DNA of 49,213 bases from an uncultured Candidatus Melainabacteria bacterium (GCA_937891325.1 CALAFU010000170.1:1-49213); one strand, 5' to 3'; positions 27,186 through 35,040 are shown, counted from the first letter of the stretch. Numbers and translations: made by a program. The notes: a model not told the origin generated them from the sequence alone.

Positions 27186-27737
27186 ATGAGAAATGCTGAA
27201 ATGTTTAACGAAGAAAACGACTTTGCTTTGCAGAGTGCCAAAATGGATCAAGTGATTGAACAGGTTGGTTGCAAAGATAATGAAGTTGTAATTATCAAAT
27301 CTGTTGATGATGCGCTGGAAGGAGATGCTGTCTTTATTTCTGATTTCAGTTGTTTGGGTAGTAGTGTAAAAGAGTTTGTTGACAATTTTGAACAGTTGGT
27401 TAAAAAAGGCAACACTGTTCATTTTGTCAGAGAACAGATAAGTTTGACGGATCAGTCCCAGATGGAAACTTTCTTGAAACAGTTGCAGTTTGCGGCAATG
27501 TTCGGAAGAAAACTTCGTAGTGCTGTTTCTTGCAACAATCTTGCTGTTGCCGCGAAAGTTGGACGATATGCAGGAAGACCGAAAGGTTCCAAAAATAAAA
27601 CAAGCATCATTCAAGAAAAGGCAGATGAAATCGAATTCTGGTTGCAACAGGGCGAGTCTAAAAAGTGGATTGCAGAACAGTTGGGCATTTCGGTAGGTAC
27701 GGTGTATAATTACATTCGTTCCAAAGAAGAAGCGTAA
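27186..27737 (+). CDS. serine-recombinase (resolvase/invertase) homologue lacking catalytic residues, with C-terminal HTH
   Basis: GRPKGSKNK...WIAEQLGISVGTVYNYIRS is a resolvase-type HTH. The core AVFISDFSCLGSSVKEFVDNFEQLVKKGNTVHFV aligns to v.kLDRLGR...i..l...gv.v.f, but both Arg are replaced and there is no N-terminal YaRVSt Ser motif. Confidence 0.65.
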   Translation: MRNAEMFNEENDFALQSAKMDQVIEQVGCKDNEVVIIKSVDDALEGDAVFISDFSCLGSSVKEFVDNFEQLVKKGNTVHFVREQISLTDQSQMETFLKQLQFAAMFGRKLRSAVSCNNLAVAAKVGRYAGRPKGSKNKTSIIQEKADEIEFWLQQGESKKWIAEQLGISVGTVYNYIRSKEEA

Positions 27738-27759
27738 TCATTTAAATAGGGGAAAGACA

Positions 27760-28635
27760 ATGGTTGAATTTCACGGGACTGTAAAAGATTTCTTGAAGAA
27801 CTATCCGAAAGAAAATCGTAAAGTTGGCGAGACGTATCGCATCATCAATTCTAAAGGAAGCAATGATTATCAATTCATTGATAACGTATCTGAAAAGAAT
27901 TTCAAGAGAGTTGAAGTTAAAGACGCTGTCAATACTGAAATTGATGGTGCTGAAATGGAACGGCAAGAAGATGAAAGACGACTGTCTGAATTGAAAAAAC
28001 TTGCTGAAAGAATTCTGTCATGCGCTGTAAAAGGAGATGAAGGCACACTGATAAATTTGTGTGAGGAAGTTAAAGATTGCACCAACATTACAGATTTGGT
28101 GTGCGAAGAAAATTGTGCTGAACTCAATTGTTTGTTTTGCAGACAGTTTTATGTTGACAACAGTGAAGTATATTGGGGGGTGCTTAACAAAAAAGGCATT
28201 GTTGATGACATTTGTTCTTTCCTTAACAATTTTGCAACAGTCATTAAACTTAATGCCAAATGTGTTGGAAGAGAAGATCTTTTAGACAGGCTTCTTCAAG
28301 GAAGTGATGTCGGTGTGTTTGCACGGTTGCGTGAAGAGTGGCTTGAAAGTTGTCAATACGTTATGGAATGTTGCAAACAAAGTTGTGGGTTTGATTTGAG
28401 AGGGGTTCAACGATTGAACAACTTGATATACAACTTTAATGGAATTACAGATGGGTGGTTGTGTTGTCTGAAAGAAATCGTTGATGATTTTGCATGGTTT
28501 GGAGAAACCTTCAAAACATGTGAGGATTGTAAAAGCTATGATTATGATCCACGCCCGATTAATGTTGCCAAGAGCTTTGAAACTTTCAACGAATGTTTGT
28601 GCGCACTGTATTCAAGATATGGAGTCAGAGAATGA
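27760..28635 (+). CDS. hypothetical Cys-rich protein (291 aa)
   Basis: GGGGAAAG RBS. The N-terminal ~55 aa are paralogous to 34022..34789. Confidence 0.7.
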   Translation: MVEFHGTVKDFLKNYPKENRKVGETYRIINSKGSNDYQFIDNVSEKNFKRVEVKDAVNTEIDGAEMERQEDERRLSELKKLAERILSCAVKGDEGTLINLCEEVKDCTNITDLVCEENCAELNCLFCRQFYVDNSEVYWGVLNKKGIVDDICSFLNNFATVIKLNAKCVGREDLLDRLLQGSDVGVFARLREEWLESCQYVMECCKQSCGFDLRGVQRLNNLIYNFNGITDGWLCCLKEIVDDFAWFGETFKTCEDCKSYDYDPRPINVAKSFETFNECLCALYSRYGVRE

Positions 28636-28982
28636 CAAAAAAAGGAATCTTCCAAAATATAGGTGTTGCACCGTACATGGTGTTTCGCCTTAAAGATGAA
28701 TACGACGAGGGGTACTATTACAATGGCTTTAATTGCCCATATCAGAAAGGGCATATCTATTGGGTAGTGTCTAATGTTGTACAGGAAAAGACAAGAGAGG
28801 TGGCATATTTCGTCAGCAAGTATCGAGGTGTGATGCAAGCACCGTCAACCAATTGTAAAGAGCGTCGATGGGTTGAAGATGTCTTGCTAAAGGAATATGA
28901 TATGGTTTATCAAGGTATGTCATTGACAGATGCCATTGCTTTTGTCGAAAAACAAACAGATCAGGAAAGGATCGGAGAATGA
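28632..28982 (+). CDS. hypothetical protein (116 aa)
   Basis: Start moved to ATG 28632 (ATGA overlap with the upstream stop). Confidence 0.6.
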   Translation: MTKKGIFQNIGVAPYMVFRLKDEYDEGYYYNGFNCPYQKGHIYWVVSNVVQEKTREVAYFVSKYRGVMQAPSTNCKERRWVEDVLLKEYDMVYQGMSLTDAIAFVEKQTDQERIGE

Positions 28983-29161
28983 AAACTTTTCATATACATG
29001 TAAAACAAACTGTCGAAGGATACTATATCATTCGTGCTGATACAGAAGAAGATGCAATTGATTTGGCACAAGGTTATATGGAGATGGGAGAACACCTTGA
29101 CAAATCACAGGTTACAGATGGTGAGATTGTAGATGCGGAAGAGGTTGGAAAATTTTGCTGA
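28979..29161 (+). CDS. hypothetical acidic protein (60 aa)
   Basis: ATGA overlap with the upstream gene; ends AEEVGKFC-stop, which looks like a truncated tail. Confidence 0.5.
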   Translation: MKTFHIHVKQTVEGYYIIRADTEEDAIDLAQGYMEMGEHLDKSQVTDGEIVDAEEVGKFC

Positions 29162-29450
29162 TTTGTTTGATTTTCTGATCAGCTCAACTACGGAAGAATT
29201 AAAAGAGGCCGGATTTAGCATGAGCTTTCAAAACGGCCTTTTTAATTTGTTCTATAAAGGTGGTGTATCCTGTTCATTTAAAGTTAACGACAACGACATT
29301 GAACGCGTTTATGTGACTTTACAAAATGATGCAAGAATACAAAACATTGAGATAAACGATAATGTCGATGATGAAATCATTCAGATCGTCTTGAGAAGAT
29401 TCAATGAAATCATTATCCCTATTGGTGATCTCTGTTTAGAAGGAGTATGA
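29133..29450 (+). CDS. hypothetical protein (105 aa), tail family
   Basis: Ends IIPIGDLCLEGV-stop. The start is uncertain; it overlaps the upstream ORF by 29 nt. Confidence 0.55.
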   Translation: MRKRLENFADLFDFLISSTTEELKEAGFSMSFQNGLFNLFYKGGVSCSFKVNDNDIERVYVTLQNDARIQNIEINDNVDDEIIQIVLRRFNEIIIPIGDLCLEGV

Positions 29451-30034
29451 AGATGGGTCAGTACTTTTTAGCGTATGTACGTGACAAGAACAAAAAAAGA
29501 GGAAAAACGTTTATCAGTAGTTGTGGTGGCCTGAAATTAACAGAACACTCATGGGTCGGAAATGACTTCATGCAAGGTGTTTGTAAAAAAATCCACAACA
29601 AACCTTCGTATGTATATTGGGTAGGAGATTACTTCGACCCGTCTGAAGATGAAGCTAAATCGGAAATGTCTTCTGATTGTGTCTCTGTTGATTTTGCTTC
29701 TTTATGGAGAAAGAAGAACGCCAAAGAGTTGCAAGATACTTTTGACATCAGCGATAAGTATTTAGTCAATCATGACTTGAAAGTATATGTTAACATGTGT
29801 GACTATATCGACATGTTGACATGTGGTAAAACGCATGATAAAGATTGGGTGCAACACCCGTTGTCGTTGTTAACGGCTATCAGCAATGGTAAAGGTGGCG
29901 GTGATTATGATGTTGAAGGACTGAACGCTGATTCGATCGGAGTATGGAAAGGTTGTTTGTTAGAAATTACAGACAACATTCCGAAAGACTACATTGATGT
30001 AACGGAAGATGTTTTGTTCGATGATGACATCTAA
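29447..30034 (+). CDS. hypothetical protein (195 aa)
   Basis: ATGA overlap; long ORF. Confidence 0.7.
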   Translation: MKMGQYFLAYVRDKNKKRGKTFISSCGGLKLTEHSWVGNDFMQGVCKKIHNKPSYVYWVGDYFDPSEDEAKSEMSSDCVSVDFASLWRKKNAKELQDTFDISDKYLVNHDLKVYVNMCDYIDMLTCGKTHDKDWVQHPLSLLTAISNGKGGGDYDVEGLNADSIGVWKGCLLEITDNIPKDYIDVTEDVLFDDDI

Positions 30035-30209
30035 AAACTTCTATATAATCTGTGTTAACGATGTCGAAACATTTTGTGATAATGGCCGAATTTTAGGTGT
30101 ATATAATTACAAAACAAGACAGTTAACACAGATTGTTAATCGCTTAAAAGATTCACAAAAGGTTCCTTTTCAAGAATGGCGTTCTTCAAAAGAAGACCTT
30201 TTAATATGA
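30021..30209 (+). CDS. hypothetical protein (62 aa)
   Basis: Start at ATG 30021, overlapping the end of the upstream gene. Confidence 0.45.
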   Translation: MMTSKNFYIICVNDVETFCDNGRILGVYNYKTRQLTQIVNRLKDSQKVPFQEWRSSKEDLLI

Positions 30210-30223
30210 AAGGTAGGTAAGCA

Positions 30224-30562
30224 ATGATTAAAGAAACGATCGTAAAAGATAATTTTGGCAAACAAGTACAGATTGGTGACATCATTGCTTTTGCTGAAAC
30301 GTTTAAGTATAGAGGTGTCGAAAAATATGGCACAGCAATGGCAACGGCAGTAGTAATGGAGATCACCAATAAAGCTTTAAAGATTGCACCGTTGACATTC
30401 ACTAAAGATGAATACTATAACATTAAAGAACGAAATGGCATTGCTGTTTATTCAAAAGGTGATCGGTATTTATCTACAGGAAAAAAGACATTGGAACATC
30501 GCTACAATGCCTTTTATATTATTGGTCATGGTGATGGGGCGGTTGTTTTATCAACAATGTAG
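30224..30562 (+). CDS. hypothetical protein (112 aa), weak tail
   Basis: AAAGGTAGG RBS; ends GHGDGAVVLSTM-stop. Confidence 0.65.
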   Translation: MIKETIVKDNFGKQVQIGDIIAFAETFKYRGVEKYGTAMATAVVMEITNKALKIAPLTFTKDEYYNIKERNGIAVYSKGDRYLSTGKKTLEHRYNAFYIIGHGDGAVVLSTM

Positions 30563-30573
30563 GAATAGAGACG

Positions 30574-30912
30574 ATGATGAGCGTTACTTCATATGACAAA
30601 ACAAGATTTAATCAATTGAGAGATTGGTTAAAAGGTCAGTCAATTCCTGAACATGACGATTGGATCATTACTACTGTATTGTCTAATGAACCGTATGTTG
30701 AAAATACAATGTCTGATGAAGATTGGTTTGTCATCGTCTTCGCACCTAATGATAAAGAAAATGATTTTGGTATGTTCCAGATTAATTTCTTAAGACAACT
30801 GTTCGAGTCTACCATAGATTTTAAGAAATGTCAATTGGTAATGAATCGTGATAAATCTGGTCTTCGCATCGAACCTATTAATGTTGGGCAAAAAGCATTA
30901 AAAGACCTTTAA
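30574..30912 (+). CDS. small protein, tail family (112 aa)
   Basis: Ends EPINVGQKALKDL-stop. Confidence 0.65.
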   Translation: MMSVTSYDKTRFNQLRDWLKGQSIPEHDDWIITTVLSNEPYVENTMSDEDWFVIVFAPNDKENDFGMFQINFLRQLFESTIDFKKCQLVMNRDKSGLRIEPINVGQKALKDL

Positions 30913-30920
30913 AAGTTATC

Positions 30921-30950
30921 TTGACTTTTTATAATTATATATGATAATTA
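30921..30950 (+). promoter_or_regulatory. possible sigma70-type promoter
   Basis: TTGACT (30921-30926), 18-nt spacer, TGaTAATTA (30942-30950). Confidence 0.4.
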
Positions 30951-30981
30951 TTTAATTATAGTTATCATAGGAGGTGTTGGT

Positions 30982-31341
30982 ATGTCTAAAAGAATAATCA
31001 ATTGGAAAAAGGTTCGTAGAGAAGTGATTGATAAACTTTACGGCATACAGACAGATGACGGCAGTTATGAGTATCAAGGTGTTTGTGTAGATTCAGAAAC
31101 TTTAGAGTTTCATAATTGTGATGACAACAGGGTTATGAAGTATTATCAATTTTATAGTACTTTTAAGAATTTAAACAAACATGACGTATATGGCGCTGGA
31201 TTATTTATACCTAAAGAGATTATTGACAATGAGGAGTTGTCTATAGTTCCTGTATCACATTTTGAACTTCAAGCCATTAACAATGGTGTATTTCTGTTAA
31301 AGAAACGCAGCATAGGTGATGTTGTTCTTCATGAGATTTAA
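30982..31341 (+). CDS. small protein, tail family (119 aa)
   Basis: AGGAGG RBS; ends KKRSIGDVVLHEI-stop. Confidence 0.65.
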   Translation: MSKRIINWKKVRREVIDKLYGIQTDDGSYEYQGVCVDSETLEFHNCDDNRVMKYYQFYSTFKNLNKHDVYGAGLFIPKEIIDNEELSIVPVSHFELQAINNGVFLLKKRSIGDVVLHEI

Positions 31342-31358
31342 GAAGGAGGAGAAGAAAA

Positions 31359-31736
31359 ATGTTCATTTCTAATGTACCTTTAAAGGAAAATAAACGCTTC
31401 AATAGATACATTAACAACCTTGATAAAGTGTTTAGTGGGTTGAAAGTCATTGACAAGAATGATGACAAACTGAAGTACCTTTTTGTTCAATATAATGCTG
31501 ATGAAGCTTTTGCACATAACATTGTATATCATAACCCTTCACATTATGAATTCAAATGTATTTTCATGCGTGAGTATGGTGATTGTAAATGTTATAATGT
31601 GTTGATTGAAATTGGTCTACTGAATCGCATTAGAAAAGTAAAGAAGAAATCTTTACAAATCATTGTAGACCAATCAACGGGAAATTTGATAGCTGAAGAA
31701 AAAGCTTTAGGTCAATTTGTATTGGAGTCATTATGA
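31359..31736 (+). CDS. small protein, tail family (125 aa)
   Basis: AAGGAGGAG RBS; ends EEKALGQFVLESL-stop. Confidence 0.65.
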   Translation: MFISNVPLKENKRFNRYINNLDKVFSGLKVIDKNDDKLKYLFVQYNADEAFAHNIVYHNPSHYEFKCIFMREYGDCKCYNVLIEIGLLNRIRKVKKKSLQIIVDQSTGNLIAEEKALGQFVLESL

Positions 31737-32083
31737 TGAGTACAGAAGTAAATGTCAAGACAACAAAGTTCCAAAAGTTACGTGAAGCTTTAATTGGAAA
31801 ACAGGTGTTAGATACTATTGTTCAAGATGTATCTGAAAGATGTTATTTTCAAGAGTTTTATGAAATCAATAAAACATATCTTGAATTGGAAATCTGTCCT
31901 AAACATCGTAACAATTGGGAAATGTATGGTTGGCATGTATACATGGACAAAGAACTTTACAAACGACCTAAATTGTTCCCGTTGTTGGAATTTGTTGTTT
32001 GTGATGATCCGTTAAATCCAAACGGAAAGTGGTTGGAAATTGTCGTGCCTAATATAGGAGAAACCACCTTAAATAAAATTTAG
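31733..32083 (+). CDS. small protein, tail family (116 aa)
   Basis: ATGA overlap; ends VVPNIGETTLNKI-stop. Confidence 0.65.
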   Translation: MMSTEVNVKTTKFQKLREALIGKQVLDTIVQDVSERCYFQEFYEINKTYLELEICPKHRNNWEMYGWHVYMDKELYKRPKLFPLLEFVVCDDPLNPNGKWLEIVVPNIGETTLNKI

Positions 32084-32084
32084 G

Positions 32085-32112
32085 TTGACAATTTCTTTTG
32101 TCATGATATAGT
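32085..32112 (+). promoter_or_regulatory. sigma70-type promoter with extended -10
   Basis: TTGACA (32085-32090), 16-nt spacer, TGaTATAGT (32104-32112). Confidence 0.65.
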
Positions 32113-32145
32113 AACTTTAACAAACCTAATGAAGGAGTAAGAGAT

Positions 32146-32481
32146 ATGACTGAACAGAAAACCTATACCACATCTGAATTGATGTTTTCGGTTGTTGACA
32201 ATTTGGAAAAACAGATTAGCACAATCAATCTGATCATTGGTGTCCTTAAGGAAACAGCTGAAGAAATGAAATCTAATGAAGAAGCAAGTGTGTGCGGTGT
32301 CAAACGTGAACAGTTTGAAGAGATTGCTAAACTGATTCACATGAATAATAAAATGCGTAATGCATTGAATAACATTGCACATGGGGAAATGACAGTTAAA
32401 CCGTATGGCACTGTCTATATGGGACGAGAGGAAGAAGTCACCTTGCAACAGTATGCTGAAGAAGCATTAAAGGAAGATTGA
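32146..32481 (+). CDS. hypothetical protein (111 aa)
   Basis: AAGGAG RBS; the antisense ORF 32101..32448 is rejected. Confidence 0.65.
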   Translation: MTEQKTYTTSELMFSVVDNLEKQISTINLIIGVLKETAEEMKSNEEASVCGVKREQFEEIAKLIHMNNKMRNALNNIAHGEMTVKPYGTVYMGREEEVTLQQYAEEALKED

Positions 32482-32483
32482 AC

Positions 32484-32828
32484 ATGAAGAATTGGGTCGG
32501 GTATAAAGGTCGATTGAAAAGTCTTTTATTGGCACTGAATGAAATCATATATAGGCAATATGAGATTAACCTTTATGATATCGATAATATTATCCGATCC
32601 AATAAACATTTCACGGACCAGTTGAAGAACAAAGAAACTATTGTAATGGTTTTGATTGATTTCAAGGATAAAAACGGTTTGTTTATGTCACAATGGTTTG
32701 ACATTGATAAATATCTTTTAAGAAAGTATAAAACCTTTACTGCTGGAATGATTGATGTGCTATTTACAGAAGAAACCAATACAATCACTGAAAAGCGTAT
32801 TGGTGAACAAACGTTATGTGGCATCTGA
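32484..32828 (+). CDS. small protein, tail family (114 aa)
   Basis: Start at ATG 32484; ends TEKRIGEQTLCGI-stop. Confidence 0.65.
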   Translation: MKNWVGYKGRLKSLLLALNEIIYRQYEINLYDIDNIIRSNKHFTDQLKNKETIVMVLIDFKDKNGLFMSQWFDIDKYLLRKYKTFTAGMIDVLFTEETNTITEKRIGEQTLCGI

Positions 32829-32844
32829 CTGAAGGAGATAGACA

Positions 32845-33348
32845 ATGGGAAAAACAACCTTTTGTACATGCAACTTTAAGAAACCATATGTTGTACAGAC
32901 AGAAGATGGTAAATGGTGTGTGTATTGTCAGGATTGTGGTAAAGAAGTTTCTTCGGATAATAAAGAAGAAGCAATGACAAAATGGGCTGAACAGTATGGA
33001 ATGAACCTGTGCTTTTGTTGTGAATCAAGTAAAGTGTTGCCGAAGAATATCAATACAGCTGAATGTAATTTATCCGTTGATGAGATTAAACAAAAAGCTG
33101 ATGTTGATTGCACAATGAAACCGTGTGTCTATACAATGTCACCCCTTTACTTGAGAGAATTCATTCGTTCAGCGGATCATGAAAGAGTGTTGAATAATTG
33201 GGGATTTGTTTTCGTAAAAAACGATGGCAAAAAGACATTGGTCAATACAGAGAAGTTAAAAGAAATTATTGATGACCCATATACAAATGTTTTGGATATG
33301 CCGGTACCTGTCATTTTGTCAGAAGCGTTTAATAAGAACAACGTTTAA
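32845..33348 (+). CDS. two-domain protein: N-terminal Cys-rich (zinc-ribbon-like) region plus a domain paralogous to 41132..41464
   Basis: AAGGAG RBS; CTC..x16..CVYCQDCG then EEAMTKWAEQ. The C-terminal CFCCESSKVLP..AECNLSVDEI...VYTMSPLYLREFIRSADHERVLNNWGFVFVKNDG matches the 41132 ORF. Confidence 0.7.
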   Translation: MGKTTFCTCNFKKPYVVQTEDGKWCVYCQDCGKEVSSDNKEEAMTKWAEQYGMNLCFCCESSKVLPKNINTAECNLSVDEIKQKADVDCTMKPCVYTMSPLYLREFIRSADHERVLNNWGFVFVKNDGKKTLVNTEKLKEIIDDPYTNVLDMPVPVILSEAFNKNNV

Positions 33349-33369
33349 AGATTGAAAGGAAGGTGTGTT

Positions 33370-33759
33370 ATGACATTTTTTGAAATGTTAAAGAACATCT
33401 ACAAAGATCAAAAAGCTAATCGTAACATTGGCAACTATTGTCGTATGAAAGATGGTGAACAACGTATTCTAGGTTCAGTAATATGTCATTCACCTCAACC
33501 TCATTTGACTGAATTTGAAGTCTTCGGTGTAAAAGCTGATACAAAATATGATGTTGGTCATATTGATTGCACGAAGTATTTCAGTCATGACGCTATTACA
33601 TTTAGAGACATAATGGCTACTGATTGGGAGAAAATGTCAGATGATGATGTTCAAGAAATACTTGATGAACGTTTAGAAGAAGAAGAAAGGCAAGAACAGG
33701 AACTTGATGTGCTTGACTTCGAAGAGAGTCTTGCTAATAAATATACGCCAATCTTGTAA
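33370..33759 (+). CDS. hypothetical protein (129 aa), acidic C-terminus
   Basis: Start moved to ATG 33370 behind AAAGGAAGG. Confidence 0.65.
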   Translation: MTFFEMLKNIYKDQKANRNIGNYCRMKDGEQRILGSVICHSPQPHLTEFEVFGVKADTKYDVGHIDCTKYFSHDAITFRDIMATDWEKMSDDDVQEILDERLEEEERQEQELDVLDFEESLANKYTPIL

Positions 33760-33784
33760 GCTATCACAAAATTTTTATATACAG

Positions 33785-33821
33785 AAAGAAGAAATATGTC
33801 TTTACATGTTTCTTCTTTTTT
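33785..33821 (+). terminator. rho-independent terminator
   Basis: AAAGAAGAAA-TATG (33785-33798) pairs with CATG-TTTCTTCTTT (33805-33818, one G-U), then TTT. Confidence 0.8.
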
Positions 33822-33829
33822 GTTATAGT
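33801..33829 (+). promoter_or_regulatory. sigma70-type promoter overlapping the terminator
   Basis: TTTACA (33801-33806), 17-nt spacer, TGtTATAGT (33821-33829). About 190 nt of leader precede the gene at 34022. Confidence 0.55.
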
Positions 33830-34021
33830 ATATATAATTGAAGAGGAGAGTGTTAATGTGAAAAGGTAAATGACAAACTCGAAACAAAATGGAAGCTATC
33901 AACTTCCCTAAATTAATCTACTATCAAAAAGGAACAAAACAATGAAGAAACTGAAGATTAAGATTAAAAAGGTTAAATTGTTTTAGTCTTGAAACAATCG
34001 TCGACTAAAAGGAGTAAAGAT

Positions 34022-34789
34022 ATGATTACGTTTAAAGGTTCACAAAAGGCTTTCTTTAAGGCCTATCCTAAAGACAAGAGAAGTCTTGATGAAGTGTATT
34101 GTTTGGTTTCCTATAACATCATCACTAAACAGGAAACTAAAACATGTTATCAGTTTATTGGTTCATTGGGTGAAAAGAACTTTAAGAAAGTTGAAACACC
34201 TAAAGATATTACTGAAACTGTTACTGTTGATACAAAAAATACGAATGATACAAACGTATCTGATGTACAAAATGAAGATGATTTAGATTTTGCTAATCCT
34301 GATGGTGACGTTGTTGAAGAAAAGAAATGTGACGTTAAGGCGAAGGCTGAAGAAGCAACTGAAGTCAGTGAAGTAAAGGCGGAAGAAAAGACTGAAGTTG
34401 TTAAAGAAAAAAAGTCGAAAAAGAAAACCGTCGCTGTTAAAAGGGAGGAATTGCTGGAAGCGTTTCAAGCATTAACAGGTTTTATGGGTTGTCAAATTGA
34501 TAACTATAATCCTGTTGACATGTTTGCTCTTCAATGTGTTTGTAACGAATTTAATACATGCGACTTTTCTACTGAAGCTGTAGTGTATGTTGACTTGTTC
34601 AAGTACTTTCTTAATAAGTATCCGACACTTGCTAAATACATTCAGACATGTATTGATGTTATTGAAGATGTCTACAATGATATCGTGAAAAATAAACAAG
34701 CTTTAGTGGAAGAAGCTAGATGGTTCTATGGAGACTGCGGGTTAACAAAAGAACAAAACAAAAAGAAGCGAAAAAGAAAGCAGCTGTAA
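34022..34789 (+). CDS. hypothetical protein (255 aa) with Lys/Glu-rich central region
   Basis: Start moved to ATG 34022 behind AAAGGAG. N-terminal MITFKGSQKAFFKAYPKDKRSLDEVY...YQFIGSLGEKNFKKVE is paralogous to 27760..28635. Confidence 0.7.
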   Translation: MITFKGSQKAFFKAYPKDKRSLDEVYCLVSYNIITKQETKTCYQFIGSLGEKNFKKVETPKDITETVTVDTKNTNDTNVSDVQNEDDLDFANPDGDVVEEKKCDVKAKAEEATEVSEVKAEEKTEVVKEKKSKKKTVAVKREELLEAFQALTGFMGCQIDNYNPVDMFALQCVCNEFNTCDFSTEAVVYVDLFKYFLNKYPTLAKYIQTCIDVIEDVYNDIVKNKQALVEEARWFYGDCGLTKEQNKKKRKRKQL

Positions 34790-34811
34790 GAGTTCGTAAA
34801 CGGTAACTTTG

Positions 34812-34881
34812 AAAGCAATGGTTAAAAAGTTTTTTCTCTAATTTTATGCGAGAATTAAATTTAATAAACCATTGCTTTTTT
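34812..34881 (+). terminator. long-loop hairpin with T tract, possible terminator
   Basis: 12-bp stem AAAGCAATGGTT (34812-34823) pairs with AACCATTGCTTT (34867-34878), then TTT. The 43-nt loop is atypical. Confidence 0.4.
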
Positions 34882-34917
34882 GAGATAAAGCTGTGCCCTC
34901 TACAATATATACTCTTA

Positions 34918-34937
34918 GATCATATATATATATGATC
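34918..34937. repeat. 20-nt perfect AT-rich palindrome
   Basis: GATCATATATATATATGATC, flanked by GATC motifs. Confidence 0.85.
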
Positions 34938-34947
34938 ATATCATAAT

Positions 34948-35040
34948 ATGCGACCAGACAAGGTCGCATGACAGGGGGAACGTATTTCCCCCTGAAACCC
35001 TCTTTTACAGGAGGGGGCAGTAAGCCCCCTTCCATCCCCC
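34948..35040. other. cluster of GC-rich hairpins in an AT-rich intergenic region
   Basis: Hairpins:
- ATGCGACC / GGTCGCAT (34948-34969)
- CAGGGGGAA / TTCCCCCTG (34972-34994)
- GGGGGC / GCCCCC (35013-35029)

Alternative pairings are possible between CCCCCTG and CAGGAGGGGG. Confidence 0.6.

Noticed and set aside
8063-28127. Many long minus-strand ORFs in the central block, for example 8361..8822, 9473..9961, 10013..10540, 12356..13180, 14160..14615, 15539..16096, 19291..19734, 21037..21477, 23725..24096 and 27015..27647.
   Set aside because: Each lies antisense to a plus-strand ORF that has an SD-type RBS, tight start/stop coupling with its neighbours and, in several cases, clear domain motifs (AAA+, VWA, MTase, HNH, rIIA). 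The antisense translations are low-complexity (F/L/S/N-rich), lack RBSs, and look like typical shadow ORFs.
28974-29000. 28632..28982 ends ...ERIGE-TGA. Reading through the stop would give IGE-x-KLFIYM, which resembles the family tail.
   Set aside because: The TGA is part of an ATGA start/stop overlap with the next gene. The hypothetical tail would be one residue too long. A single case is within chance, and there is no independent evidence for readthrough.
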